Below, in pieces: positions 33,667 through 43,522 of a stretch of DNA of 64,000 nucleotides (position 1 is its first letter; every line of letters starts with the position of its first letter). Source of the DNA: Nitrosopumilus sp. (lineage in GTDB: Archaea; Thermoproteota; Nitrososphaeria; Nitrososphaerales; Nitrosopumilaceae); NCBI GenBank assembly GCA_965238275.1, contig OZ250186.1, forward strand, positions 1,024,001-1,088,000, read 5' to 3'. The notes beneath the pieces were generated by a model. That model was not told where the DNA came from and ran no database searches. It saw only the letters and a program-made list of their open reading frames with translations. A program made the translations under genes and the position numbers.

Positions 33667-36600
33667 CTAATTTACAGTTAATGCTATCGTTGCGGTTGGT
33701 GAGAGTGCAGTTGGGTTGTCGATGGATTCCCAAACGAACGCAGTCACGTCATACGTGCCTGCCTCTGTCGGTGTCCATGATGCTCCCGGACTGAATGACT
33801 GACCTGCGGCCAGCGTTCCCAGTACCCAGTTGAGCGAGACTGTGACGCCGTTTTCATCCTGGACCTGTATCAGGAAGATAAACTTCTGATCCCTGTCCTG
33901 GCCGTTTGACAGGTCGGCAGTTATGACGACCTGTTGGCCAACGGATGCTGCGCCGATGCTGTTGTCAAACGTGTCGACTGCCCTCAGGTTGTTGATTGGC
34001 GCCCTCTCCAGTGGTGGCACTATCGTGCCGATCAGAGTGGTTGCCGAAACCGAGGTCTCGTCTTCTATCGGTGAGGTTACGTCGTCGTACTCTGCTACTA
34101 CGGTATCTCCTTCTTCCACGTTGAGCCTGTGACCGCTGCTTATGGAACTGTCATCAAAGAAGACTGTGCCTTCAAAGATGCCGGTTGCCGCATTGGTCTC
34201 AGTCACGGTAAGGCTGATTCCGCCTACGTCAGAGTCTGACCAGACATTGACATCAAAGTTGTCGACTGCCTCTGGGTTCAGGTTCATGTCAGGATCAATG
34301 ACCCTCACTATTCCTGATCCGAGTGCAGGATAACTTGCCTCGAGCCACTCGACTTCGCCTACGTTCCACTGGATTATCGCAGAGGCACGTACTATGTCGC
34401 CGTCAGAGTTCTCAAATACTACTGCAAGCCCGTCGCTGTCTTCAGCTGCTAATTGGCCGTCAGTTGGTCCGTATCCTGAAGAATCTTTAGTCTCCCTGTC
34501 AAGGTCGTCGTGTTCAACTCCAGTCAGGATTAACTCGCCGCTAAAGATGCCGGTATCGGCACCCGTCTCGACAAGCTTGTATCCCTCAATCTCGGCTTCT
34601 TGCGTCTTGATGTTTATTGGATAGTCGGCATCTTGGCCGCCTATCTCGTCAACCTGGTCTGCATCGAAGTTGTGGTCTGGTGCGACTATGGTTATGTAGA
34701 CCTTGTCAGTCCAAGTATAGACCTTCTGGTCCAGCTCGATTGACGCGCCAAAGTCAGACGTGTATGCGACCGCAGTTATCTCCTCGTCCTTGTCTCCGAC
34801 ATAGTCAGAGCCGGATGGTCCCCAGTCGTTGTACGTCAGGGTGATCTCCTCGCCTCTTTGGAGGGCCTCGTCATCTATCTCGGGTGGAACGGTAATCACG
34901 ACCTGGAAGATTCCAGTGTCGGTACCGGTTTCAAGCAGGTTGGATGGCGTCGCGCCGAATGGGTCGGTGGTACAGCCTGTGCTCTTAAGCGAACAGGTGC
35001 CCGCATCAGAGTCCCATTCTATCAGGTCAAGGGTGTATGTCTCTGTGGCGTCGCTGTCAAGGTTGAGGTCTTGCTCGATGAGCGTCACTATCATGTCGCT
35101 TCCGATGACGTAGCCGGTTGTGCCCGGCCTGTCAACTTGGAGTACGCCGTTTCTCAGGTCGAATGTCGCAGAGTCAGTTACGGTGTTTAGACTGCCTGAT
35201 GCGTCAGACGGGTCGGTGTACTGCACATGGAGGATGTCTCCCTGCACTATACAGCCGTCCAGACCTGGCGGACAATCGCTGCTGTCAGGACCCGTGTTGT
35301 ATGAGATGGTCTCTGTGTGCTCGAATACGCCCGAATTGGGTGCAGTCTCGTCGATCGCGTCTTCAACCGTCCATTTGAGGGTTTCAGAACCACGGATTAT
35401 GCTTATCTCCAGAACACCGGGGTCAGTACTGTCTATTCCGTTGGATGACGTGTCAAAGTCAGAATCGCTGATGCTGACATAGACTGTCAAGTCGTGCTGT
35501 AGAAGATCGGCGCCGAATGTTTCAAATGCGGTATCGTCCTCAGCCTCAGTAACGATACCAATTGGTACCGGGTAGACGGTCCTGTCAAGGCTCACGGATC
35601 CGGTGTTGGATCGTATGCCCGCAGAATCGCTTACCGTTATGGTTGAACCTGAGTCGTCCCTGAAGTCAATGTATTCGACTGAGATGTCAGCGCCTGTGAC
35701 GCCTGCTGACTTTCCGTTAGGATGACAGTAGTCTGCCGGAACCGCGAAGGTGCCGGTGAACACGCCTGTGGCGTCTCCTGTCTCCTTGAGAGTAAAGTCC
35801 GTAGCGTCAAGTCCGGTCATGTCGGTACATCCGGCTGCCCATTGGTTTCCGTCGATTGATACACTGAGCAGTTCGCCAATGTCTTCGTTGGACGTTTCGG
35901 CACCGACTATGTCACTTGCGATCGTCGTATAGACGTCTGGCTTCCCGCTATCAACGTTCAAGTCAGCGTCCTCTACGGTCACGGTAACAGTGTCTGCCAC
36001 CTTGTAGCCGTCAGAGTCGAGTGACACTGCACCCGAGTGTGTCGGGGTGTCTGCCTCGGCTGTGAACAGCGTATCCTGGCCATTGGCGTCCTTGTCAAGA
36101 TAGTCTACGGAAACGGAGTCGTCGTCAGATATCAGTATGATGTCTACATCAATTGCCTGAATGGCAGCGTATGTGGTTGCGTCCAGTATGTTGACTTGGT
36201 TGAGTCCGATGTACTCCAGAGTGCCTGTAAAGTCACTGCTGTTGTCACTTTTCTCTTCGAGTTCAAGCCTGTAGATTGCGTTGTTGACATTGTCAGTTCC
36301 GTCTATAAGGCCGAACGAGAATACGTCGATCACGATCATGCCATCTGATGCGGTTCCGCTGTACCTGATGTTGACAGTATTGTCACTACCTATGTGCCCA
36401 GTAACATCTACCAAATCACGCCCGTCACGATCCACAGTCACACCAATACCGTTGATGCTGACTGATGCTCCGCTACCGAGCGCGCTTACATCATAGTTCA
36501 GCATGTGCACGCCTTCAAAGGTACCGTCTGGAATAACCAGGGTGCCCTCGGCGCTACCTGAACTGGATGCGGCAACTCTGCCGTTATCATCGCCTCCAAG

Positions 36601-38502
36601 TGTGAACGGAGTTCCAATCGTTATGGTTGGAATGATGTGGGATGCGGCTGTAACCGAGAGGTTGTCTTCGTTGAGTGAGTTGGTGTTGGCGTCACTGTCT
36701 GTCAGCGTTATGCCGATGTTCTCGCCAGAGTTCCATTCGTCTCCTGCGTCGATCACGATGTTGGTCTCGCCGAAGCCTATGGAGGATGTCGTGGTGTTGT
36801 CATATGTGACTGAAAATGACAGTCCCCTGTCGGCCCCTGTGGTGGTGCGTATGTTTGGCGTGTCGCCTGGTGCGTTGGTGAATACTGAGTCGTTTGAGCT
36901 ATCCTCGCTGAATTCTATCAAGAATTCGCCGGTGCTGCTTACGCTACAGGATTCAACACACTCTACCAAAGCGACGTTGCCGTTGTTGTTTGTGGAGAGG
37001 CTAAAGCCTTCGTCGGTTGAAACCTTGATTCCGCCACCATCCACATCTGCATCGATTGTAGGTGCAGCAGCGACAGCATCAGTATGGGCCTGAGTTGCGG
37101 TCGCAAGGTCAGCGGTGTATTCTGTATGTGCAGAACCTTCTACGTTGCCACCTGGGCCGTCTCCTGCGATTACCTCGTAGGCTACCTGTGCGGTACCCTT
37201 GTAGGCAACACTAGTGATCTCAGTTTCTGTCTTGTCTCCATTAACTGTGGCGTAGTTTGCATCAGCTATACCACTTGCAACAGTGGCATCATCAGTACCA
37301 GAAGGATAGGTAAATCCATTGTCCGAACCATAGTGAGTATTAAGATCGTCGTCGACAGCACTTACATATCCTGATGGAGCCACGGTGATGTCACCGATTG
37401 GTTGGAATCCGGCGATTACCTCGTATTCTATCTGTGCGATGCCCTTGTAATCGGCTACCTGCACAGCAGTAGGAGGATCGTCAAAGTCGATGGTTTTGTC
37501 TCCAAGGATTGATTGTGCGCGTGCCGCTTGTTCCAAGGGTACGGTGGGGTCGTCAACGACCTCATTGGCCCTCGTAATGAGAAGGTCTCTCTTATCAACT
37601 GCAGCAGCAATGGCAGTAGCCGGAACTGCTGCGGCGATCTTGGCGTCTCTGTCTGTTACGGCTTCAGCGATCTTGGTGTCTCTGTCTGTTACGGCCTTGG
37701 CATTGGCGGTCGTTCTGTCTGCTCCGGCCATAGCTAGGGCTTCAGCGTTAGCAGCAGTGCTTGAAACAGATGCCGGAATACCTCTGTAGTATGAGGTTCC
37801 ATCACTGCCCAAGTACCAAACATCGTCAGATGTTGGGTCCACGTTGAGTGCCAAGTCGTCAAGCGTGATGATCACGCCTGTACCTTGCGGGTATAGCGAC
37901 CTGTCGAGGCTTGCGCTCTCAGACGGATCGTCAAGATCCAAGACTACCGTCTGAGGGTTTGCCGGTTTCTCGTAAACTATGTCGAATGTGCCGTCGTCCA
38001 GGTTAAGGACTTGGACGAGTTGGGCAGGTGCATTATCAGTTGCAAAGGCAGGTTCGCCCATGACAAGGTTATTAATAGCTGTCTGTTCTGCTTCTGTGAT
38101 TTCAGCATCACCGTCACCATCAACAGTTTCAGTACCACTGACGATACCATCCATATCCGTCTCAAGCTGGACAATTAAGCCAGTGTTTTGGATGCCTGCG
38201 GATGCAATGTATGCATACCATGCGCCAGAGAAGAAGGCCATTTCAATGTCAGCGCCGTCAACGGTCACCCGAAGTTCATCACCTGACTCGTTTACGTCGC
38301 CGTCAGAAACCACGATCTCTACGATGTTGGTAGTGGCAATCACGTTGCCCGTGTTTAGTAGCTCAGCTGAAACCGCCAAGTGTGGGTTGCTTAATCCTGC
38401 TGCGTGTGCCGGCTCCATGCCGGGTATGGCAAACGTGAGTCCGCCTGCCACCATAATCGTCATCAGTGCTATGCTTGTAAGTTTTCGTAAGTTGTTGTTT
38501 AT
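33667..38502 (-). CDS. S-layer protein paralog B, intact (about 1600 aa)
   Basis: Same signal peptide and C-terminus as A; very acidic; first ATG at 38463, frame extends to an ATA at 38502. Confidence 0.92.
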   Translation of the reverse strand: MNNNLRKLTSIALMTIMVAGGLTFAIPGMEPAHAAGLSNPHLAVSAELLNTGNVIATTNIVEIVVSDGDVNESGDELRVTVDGADIEMAFFSGAWYAYIASAGIQNTGLIVQLETDMDGIVSGTETVDGDGDAEITEAEQTAINNLVMGEPAFATDNAPAQLVQVLNLDDGTFDIVYEKPANPQTVVLDLDDPSESASLDRSLYPQGTGVIITLDDLALNVDPTSDDVWYLGSDGTSYYRGIPASVSSTAANAEALAMAGADRTTANAKAVTDRDTKIAEAVTDRDAKIAAAVPATAIAAAVDKRDLLITRANEVVDDPTVPLEQAARAQSILGDKTIDFDDPPTAVQVADYKGIAQIEYEVIAGFQPIGDITVAPSGYVSAVDDDLNTHYGSDNGFTYPSGTDDATVASGIADANYATVNGDKTETEITSVAYKGTAQVAYEVIAGDGPGGNVEGSAHTEYTADLATATQAHTDAVAAAPTIDADVDGGGIKVSTDEGFSLSTNNNGNVALVECVESCSVSSTGEFLIEFSEDSSNDSVFTNAPGDTPNIRTTTGADRGLSFSVTYDNTTTSSIGFGETNIVIDAGDEWNSGENIGITLTDSDANTNSLNEDNLSVTAASHIIPTITIGTPFTLGGDDNGRVAASSSGSAEGTLVIPDGTFEGVHMLNYDVSALGSGASVSINGIGVTVDRDGRDLVDVTGHIGSDNTVNIRYSGTASDGMIVIDVFSFGLIDGTDNVNNAIYRLELEEKSDNSSDFTGTLEYIGLNQVNILDATTYAAIQAIDVDIILISDDDSVSVDYLDKDANGQDTLFTAEADTPTHSGAVSLDSDGYKVADTVTVTVEDADLNVDSGKPDVYTTIASDIVGAETSNEDIGELLSVSIDGNQWAAGCTDMTGLDATDFTLKETGDATGVFTGTFAVPADYCHPNGKSAGVTGADISVEYIDFRDDSGSTITVSDSAGIRSNTGSVSLDRTVYPVPIGIVTEAEDDTAFETFGADLLQHDLTVYVSISDSDFDTSSNGIDSTDPGVLEISIIRGSETLKWTVEDAIDETAPNSGVFEHTETISYNTGPDSSDCPPGLDGCIVQGDILHVQYTDPSDASGSLNTVTDSATFDLRNGVLQVDRPGTTGYVIGSDMIVTLIEQDLNLDSDATETYTLDLIEWDSDAGTCSLKSTGCTTDPFGATPSNLLETGTDTGIFQVVITVPPEIDDEALQRGEEITLTYNDWGPSGSDYVGDKDEEITAVAYTSDFGASIELDQKVYTWTDKVYITIVAPDHNFDADQVDEIGGQDADYPINIKTQEAEIEGYKLVETGADTGIFSGELILTGVEHDDLDRETKDSSGYGPTDGQLAAEDSDGLAVVFENSDGDIVRASAIIQWNVGEVEWLEASYPALGSGIVRVIDPDMNLNPEAVDNFDVNVWSDSDVGGISLTVTETNAATGIFEGTVFFDDSSISSGHRLNVEEGDTVVAEYDDVTSPIEDETSVSATTLIGTIVPPLERAPINNLRAVDTFDNSIGAASVGQQVVITADLSNGQDRDQKFIFLIQVQDENGVTVSLNWVLGTLAAGQSFSPGASWTPTEAGTYDVTAFVWESIDNPTALSPTATIALTVN

Positions 38503-38699
38503 GGATCCTGTTTTTATCCCCTGTGTAATGCCATCTTCCCTGAACCGTTCTGGTCATGCCATTACAATCTCCCTTGATGCGTGTGAGGGAATATGTATCT
38601 TAGTGCAGTGCGCCGAGTACGCTCGGGTCGCTTATAAATACAGACATAATTCAGTTCTGTAACATCGTAGAGAGATAATTCTCAGTGTAAGACGGGGGA

Positions 38700-38975
38700 G
38701 GTGGATGAGGAGGAATACGGCGTATCTTCATTGATAGATCAAGGATTTGCAGCAGGCAAGGCATTCACTGCATCTTTCTGTTCTGCATCATACAATGCAT
38801 CAAAGTAAAACTTGTTGATCTCCATGGTTTCAAGTTTTTTTCTTCACATAGCTTTCGCTTAAAGTGGGAGTGTTCAGATCCACAAACACTTCCAATTCCA
38901 AACTTGGCTGGTTGAACAGTGCGATGTTCTCTGTCGCCTTCCACATCTGATAACCCAGACGATTCAGAACACGTA
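38700..38975 (-). pseudogene. Small gene remnant cut by IS630, HicA-like pattern
   Basis: Manual translation IRVLNRLGYQMWKATENIALF...VFVDLNTPTLSESYVKKK. Confidence 0.35.
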
Positions 38976-40243
38976 TACCAGCAATGAAAAATTCATATCA
39001 AAATCGCTCATAAATTTTTGATGCAACAGCCGTCTCTGGAAATTACGAGGTACGTTGAATTCCCAAATGACGAGAAAAGACGCTCCAAACATTAGACATT
39101 GCATGCTCTGGTGCGCCGTGCATGGCACACGCTAGGCGGCGTGGGTCCGGTGTGGTTTGATGTCGTTCTAGATGGCCCTGTACAGAAAGTTTTCAACGAC
39201 CAGATTCGGTTTTTTGTACCTCGTGTACCTGGTGATCGCCTCGCGGAGCATGCGCAGGCTGGTGTACTGCACGTCAAGCACTGCCCGTTTGAGATCCCTC
39301 CAGTACGTCTCTATGGCGCTCAGGTCCGGGGTTGCAGTCGGCAGGAAGACTATCTCCAGGCCGTCTGTGCCATCAAGCAGTTTGCGTATGTTTGATGCCC
39401 TGTGCTGGGAGGCCTTGTCCATGATCAGGCAGATCTTCTTGAACCTGTACATCGCCTGCCTTAGAAAGTCCTCAAAGGTGTCCTTGGTAAACGCATCGTA
39501 CTGCCGGAACATTCCCCTGCCGTCCGTGGTGATCAGGCCGTAGAGTATCGTCTTGGAGTGTGAGCCGGTGTACGTGAAAAACGCCCGTATTCCCTTCCTG
39601 GTGTAGCCGCGTCTTCGCGGCCGCGCATCGGAGATTACTATGGACTCGTCCTGTATCGCTACGACTGTTCCTTCACTGTTCTTTTTTTATAAGATCCGGC
39701 ATCTCTTTTTGGAATTTCCTGATCTCCTCGTCAGGTGCCCTTGCATGTTTTCCTACGGGAACCTTCTGGGAGTAGCCCCAGCTCCGCAGCATGTACCGCA
39801 CGTGCGTGAGGTTGTACTTTACCCCCGTCTTCTGCCTGATGTATTCCCGCATCTCCCTGCCCGTCCAGATCAGCTTACTGCGCGCGTTTTTCCGAATCCG
39901 CCCCATGTCTGCCCTGCTTACCTTGGTCGGCCTGCCGGAGCGCGGAAGGTTTCCCAGCCTGTCAAAGCCGACTTCCCGATAGCGTTTGTGCCACTTGCAG
40001 CCCCACGCCGGCGACTTGCCAAGGGATTTTGCAGCATCGCTCATGGCTGCTCCATCGCGCTTGATCATGATTATCAGCATCATGCGATCCTTGACATTGC
40101 AGTCTTTCTCAGCGGCGTATCTTTTCAACATCGTCTTGATCTTCATTGACTATGTGATTCGGGATGAGCATAGAACTGCATGCGAAAAAAATCTTTTACA
40201 ATCGTATGAAATATTTTTATTCACGGATTTATGTTCCGCGGTA
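38976..40243 (-). mobile_element. IS630-family element, copy 1 (transposase 39168-40146 in two frames)
   Basis: TA-flanked end TACCAGCAATGAAAAATT; RSGRP, MDKASQH, P.ATPDLSAIE; A-run at the frame change. Confidence 0.88.
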
Positions 40244-40430
40244 TACAACAACACGTCCCGGGAGGCATTGGAGTTTGCAGCATACGCAAAGGCCACGTAC
40301 GGCCAGTGCAAAGCAGTCTGCGAATCCACCGGAAACCACTGGATAAAGACTGTAGATGCCTTTGAATCTGCCGAGATCCCGCTGATGCTTGCCAACCCGT
40401 TCAAGATCAAGGCAATAGCAGGGGCCAGCA
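40244..40430 (+). pseudogene. IS110-family transposase fragment
   Basis: AVCESTGNHW...LMLANPFKIKAIA. Confidence 0.75.
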
Positions 40431-40431
40431 T

Positions 40432-40633
40432 GGCTCTGGTAGATTTTAGTGATCAGATCACCAAAATTTACCACCAAGGTGCAAACATGGCTTATCTCAC
40501 TTTTGAACAGCCTTGTGGAGAATACCACACTTTTGAACACCTTGGTGAAATATGGCCGGATTGAATCTGGAGAAGATCCAAAGACACACTTTTGAACAGT
40601 AAACAGTAGAGATCACTAGAATTTAACAGAGCC
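40432..40633. mobile_element. MITE-like element with IS903-type TIRs
   Basis: GGCTCTGGTAGATTTTAGTGATC versus inverted GGCTCTGTTAAATTCTAGTGATC; three internal CACTTTTGAACA repeats. Confidence 0.65.
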
Positions 40634-40706
40634 ATGCTGTTGCTGTTGCTGATCGTGTGTGGCTACAAAGAGCCGCCCGAGCCCCCACCGCCGGTGCTAC
40701 CCTGAG

Positions 40707-41753
40707 TCAATTCTGGGAAGACTGCATAAGGTTACTGTTTTTGTACATTTCTATGGGAGTCTTGTAGATGGAGTTAATTTTTCTAAACACTTCTTTGTAA
40801 CAATCCAAATTGTTCGCACGTAGAGTTGCGTAGCATATCAAAATCCATCCAATCTGTTTCCAATATTCATCATCAAACCGATCCACCTTTTCTAAAAACT
40901 GACTGAAATCCACCTTCGGTGATGACATCACGGTTGTCCTGACAAACGCCTCAAGCTCATTCACTTTTCCTAATGCCAAATCTATGTCGTCGGAAGGCAT
41001 TGGACACATGCAGCAAGAGTTCGTTCTATCCTTTAATACTTTGTCAACCAATTCTCTGTCGTTCTCGTAAAAATGACAGCTTCCGCAGAAATGGTAATAA
41101 TTCCCCAACTCAAGCTCCAGTTTTGACTCCAGCACCGCCTTTACGTATTCCTGTAGCATCGTAAAGAGAAACACGTCATACGGAAATAACCTAAATGCAT
41201 TCTGACTCCGCATGTACGTTATTGCATGAAGTTTTTTATCTCTGATCAGGTACTGCAGATTCAACGTACATGGAACCTCATCTGCTAGCTGGTGTTGGTC
41301 AAATTGAGGTAGGTAGACTGACGCCACGGCCCTGCGCTTATTGTGGTCCGTGCTCAAAACATTTATCGCATGCTGGATCTGATTCATATGCTGTATTCCG
41401 AAGAGTCGAGGTCCGTATGCGCCAATCATGCGCGACCCGTCGGATGAATGCCTGTCCGATGATGGGGCGTAATATGTAATTTCTTTTGTATTGAAGCTTC
41501 CGCGATACGTCCAGAGAAACTGTCCCACAAGCTGAAAGATGTTTGGAGTGTATTCCTTTACTGTCACTATGCGCGACAGAGGATCCTTCATCTCAAATTT
41601 GTAGGATATGATTTCTTGATAATCTGGTTTGCATTTATGGCATGAAAGATGTTCGGACACGTTGTTCGAACATGTATGTTTTTCACACCTGCGCGATACG
41701 GGCTTCCCGTCTTTTATGATGTCATTGAGTAGTCGTTTCCACTCCGTTATCAT
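40707..41753 (-). CDS. Thymidylate-synthase-fold protein, (d)CMP hydroxymethylase-like
   Basis: GAYGPRL, RRAV, VPCT, MRSQN, PYDVF (Asp at the ThyA Asn site), GSCHFY. Confidence 0.85.
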   Translation of the reverse strand: MITEWKRLLNDIIKDGKPVSRRCEKHTCSNNVSEHLSCHKCKPDYQEIISYKFEMKDPLSRIVTVKEYTPNIFQLVGQFLWTYRGSFNTKEITYYAPSSDRHSSDGSRMIGAYGPRLFGIQHMNQIQHAINVLSTDHNKRRAVASVYLPQFDQHQLADEVPCTLNLQYLIRDKKLHAITYMRSQNAFRLFPYDVFLFTMLQEYVKAVLESKLELELGNYYHFCGSCHFYENDRELVDKVLKDRTNSCCMCPMPSDDIDLALGKVNELEAFVRTTVMSSPKVDFSQFLEKVDRFDDEYWKQIGWILICYATLRANNLDCYKEVFRKINSIYKTPIEMYKNSNLMQSSQN

Positions 41754-43497
41754 CGGGCACTCCTCTTCCGAAGAACTGCTTTTTTTGCAGTTCTCCTATG
41801 ACGTCAATTACCAAACGTGTATGGAAACGTTTCACACCAAACGACATATCGTCTATCAGATTGTCTATGATCTCAGGTAACGGACGCTTGGAATAATTTT
41901 TCTTCCACAGATATATCAGTGACGCGGCAACCTCCAGCCATTTTGGGTCATCGAGATTGGCTTTGAGTGCTTGCTTAAATTCTCGAATCTTTGTCTCTGC
42001 GCCTTCGGATAACGCTGACGGTTCGGGTTCAAATGTGTGTCCGTAGGCATCTTTGGTCACTTCCTTACAGTAAGGCCCGTGTATGTATACCAGCAATGAA
42101 AAATTCATATCAAAATCGCTCATAAATTTTTGATGCAACAGCCGTCTCTGGAAATTACGAGGTGCGTTGAATTCCCAAATGACGAGAAAAGACGCCCCGA
42201 ACATTAGACATTGCATGCTCTGGTGCGCCGTGCATGGCACACGCTAGGCGGCGTGGGTCCGGTGCGGTTTGATGTCGTTCTAGATGGCCCTGTACAGAAA
42301 GTTTTCAACGACCAGATTCGGTTTTTTGTACCTCGTGTACCTGGTGATCGCCTCGCGGAGCATGCTCAGGCTGGTGTACGGCACGTCAAGCACTGCCCGC
42401 TTGAGATCCCTCCAGTACGTCTCTATGGCGCTCAGGTCCGGGGTTGCAGTTGGCAGGAAGACTATCTCCAGGCCGTCTGTGCCATCAAGCAGTTTGCGTA
42501 TGTTTGATGCCCTGTGCTGGGAGGCCTTGTCCATGATCAGGCAGATCTTCTTGAACCTGTACATCGTCTGCCTTAGAAAGTCCTCAAAGGTGTCCTTGGT
42601 AAACGCATCGTACTGCCGGAACATGCCCCTGCCGTCCGTGGTGATCAGTCCGTGGATTATCGTCTTGGAGTGCGAGCCGGTGTACGTGAAAAACGCCCGT
42701 ATTCCCTTCCTGGTGTAGCCGCGTCTTCGCGGCCGCGCATCGGAGATTACTATGGACTCGTCCTGTATCGCTACGACTGTTCCTTCGCTGTTCTTTTTTT
42801 TATAAGCTCTGGCATCTCTTTTTGGAATTTCCTGATCTCCTCGTCAGGCGCCCTTCTTGCATGTTTTCCTACGGGAACCTTCTGGGAATAGCCCCACCCG
42901 CGCAGTATCTGGCGCACATATCCGAGTTCGTACCTTACTCCGGTCTTCTGTTGGATGTATTGCTGCATCTCCATGCCCGTCCAGACAGGTTTCCTGCATG
43001 CGGCCTTTCTGATCTTCTTCATGTCTGCCTTGCTCGCCTTGGTCGGCCTGCCGGAACGCGGCATGTTTCCCAGCCTGTCAAATCCGACTTCCAGGTAGCG
43101 CTCGTGCCACTTGTAGCCCCACGAGGCTGACTTTCCCAGGGATTTTGCAGAATCCCTCATGGTTATCCCGTCACGTTTGACTCTGATGATCAGCATCATG
43201 CGGTCCTTGGTATCGCAGTCTGTCTCAGCGGCGTATCTTTTCAACATCGTCTTGATCTTCATTGACTATGCTACGTGAAATAAGCATAATTTCACATGGA
43301 GTTAAAATATTTTACAATCACATCAATTTTTCATCTTTGGTATACCAACTGTATGTATAACCAAGGTCTACGCCATATTCTTGCAACAGGTATATGGTCT
43401 TCTGAATCTTTAGCCGATCATCGAACTCGTCAACAACAACAATTTTCTCTTTATCCATACATTTAAACACGTCTGCGACTGCTTTGCGTTCAGGCAT
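41722..43497 (-). pseudogene. YwgA/Panacea-like protein (172 aa reconstructed) interrupted by IS630 copy 2
   Basis: Joining at the TA gives RLKIQKTIYLLQEYGVDLGYTYSWYIHGPYC...WLEVAASLIYL. Confidence 0.75.
42088..43342 (-). mobile_element. IS630-family element, copy 2 (transposase 42280-43262)
   Basis: TIRs TACCAGCAATGAAAAATT / TACCAAAGATGAAAAATT, TA duplication; 3' part nearly identical to copy 1. Confidence 0.92.
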
Positions 43498-43522
43498 GCA
43501 TCTTGTAGTTATGCCATAGTTA

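Noticed and set aside
25785-38502. Diversity-generating retroelement behind the S-layer similarity
   Set aside because: No reverse transcriptase in the window, and the differences are not adenine-specific.
40497-40600. Three CACTTTTGAACA repeats as a mini-CRISPR
   Set aside because: Only 12 bp, uneven spacing, no cas genes; they lie within MITE-like TIRs.
40707-41753. Housekeeping thyA
   Set aside because: Asp at the substrate-specificity site, AT-rich sequence and island context argue against it.
41722-42240. ORF-track 172-aa protein starting MPCTAHQ
   Set aside because: Its N-terminus is IS630 end sequence; the real N-terminus is at 43343-43497.
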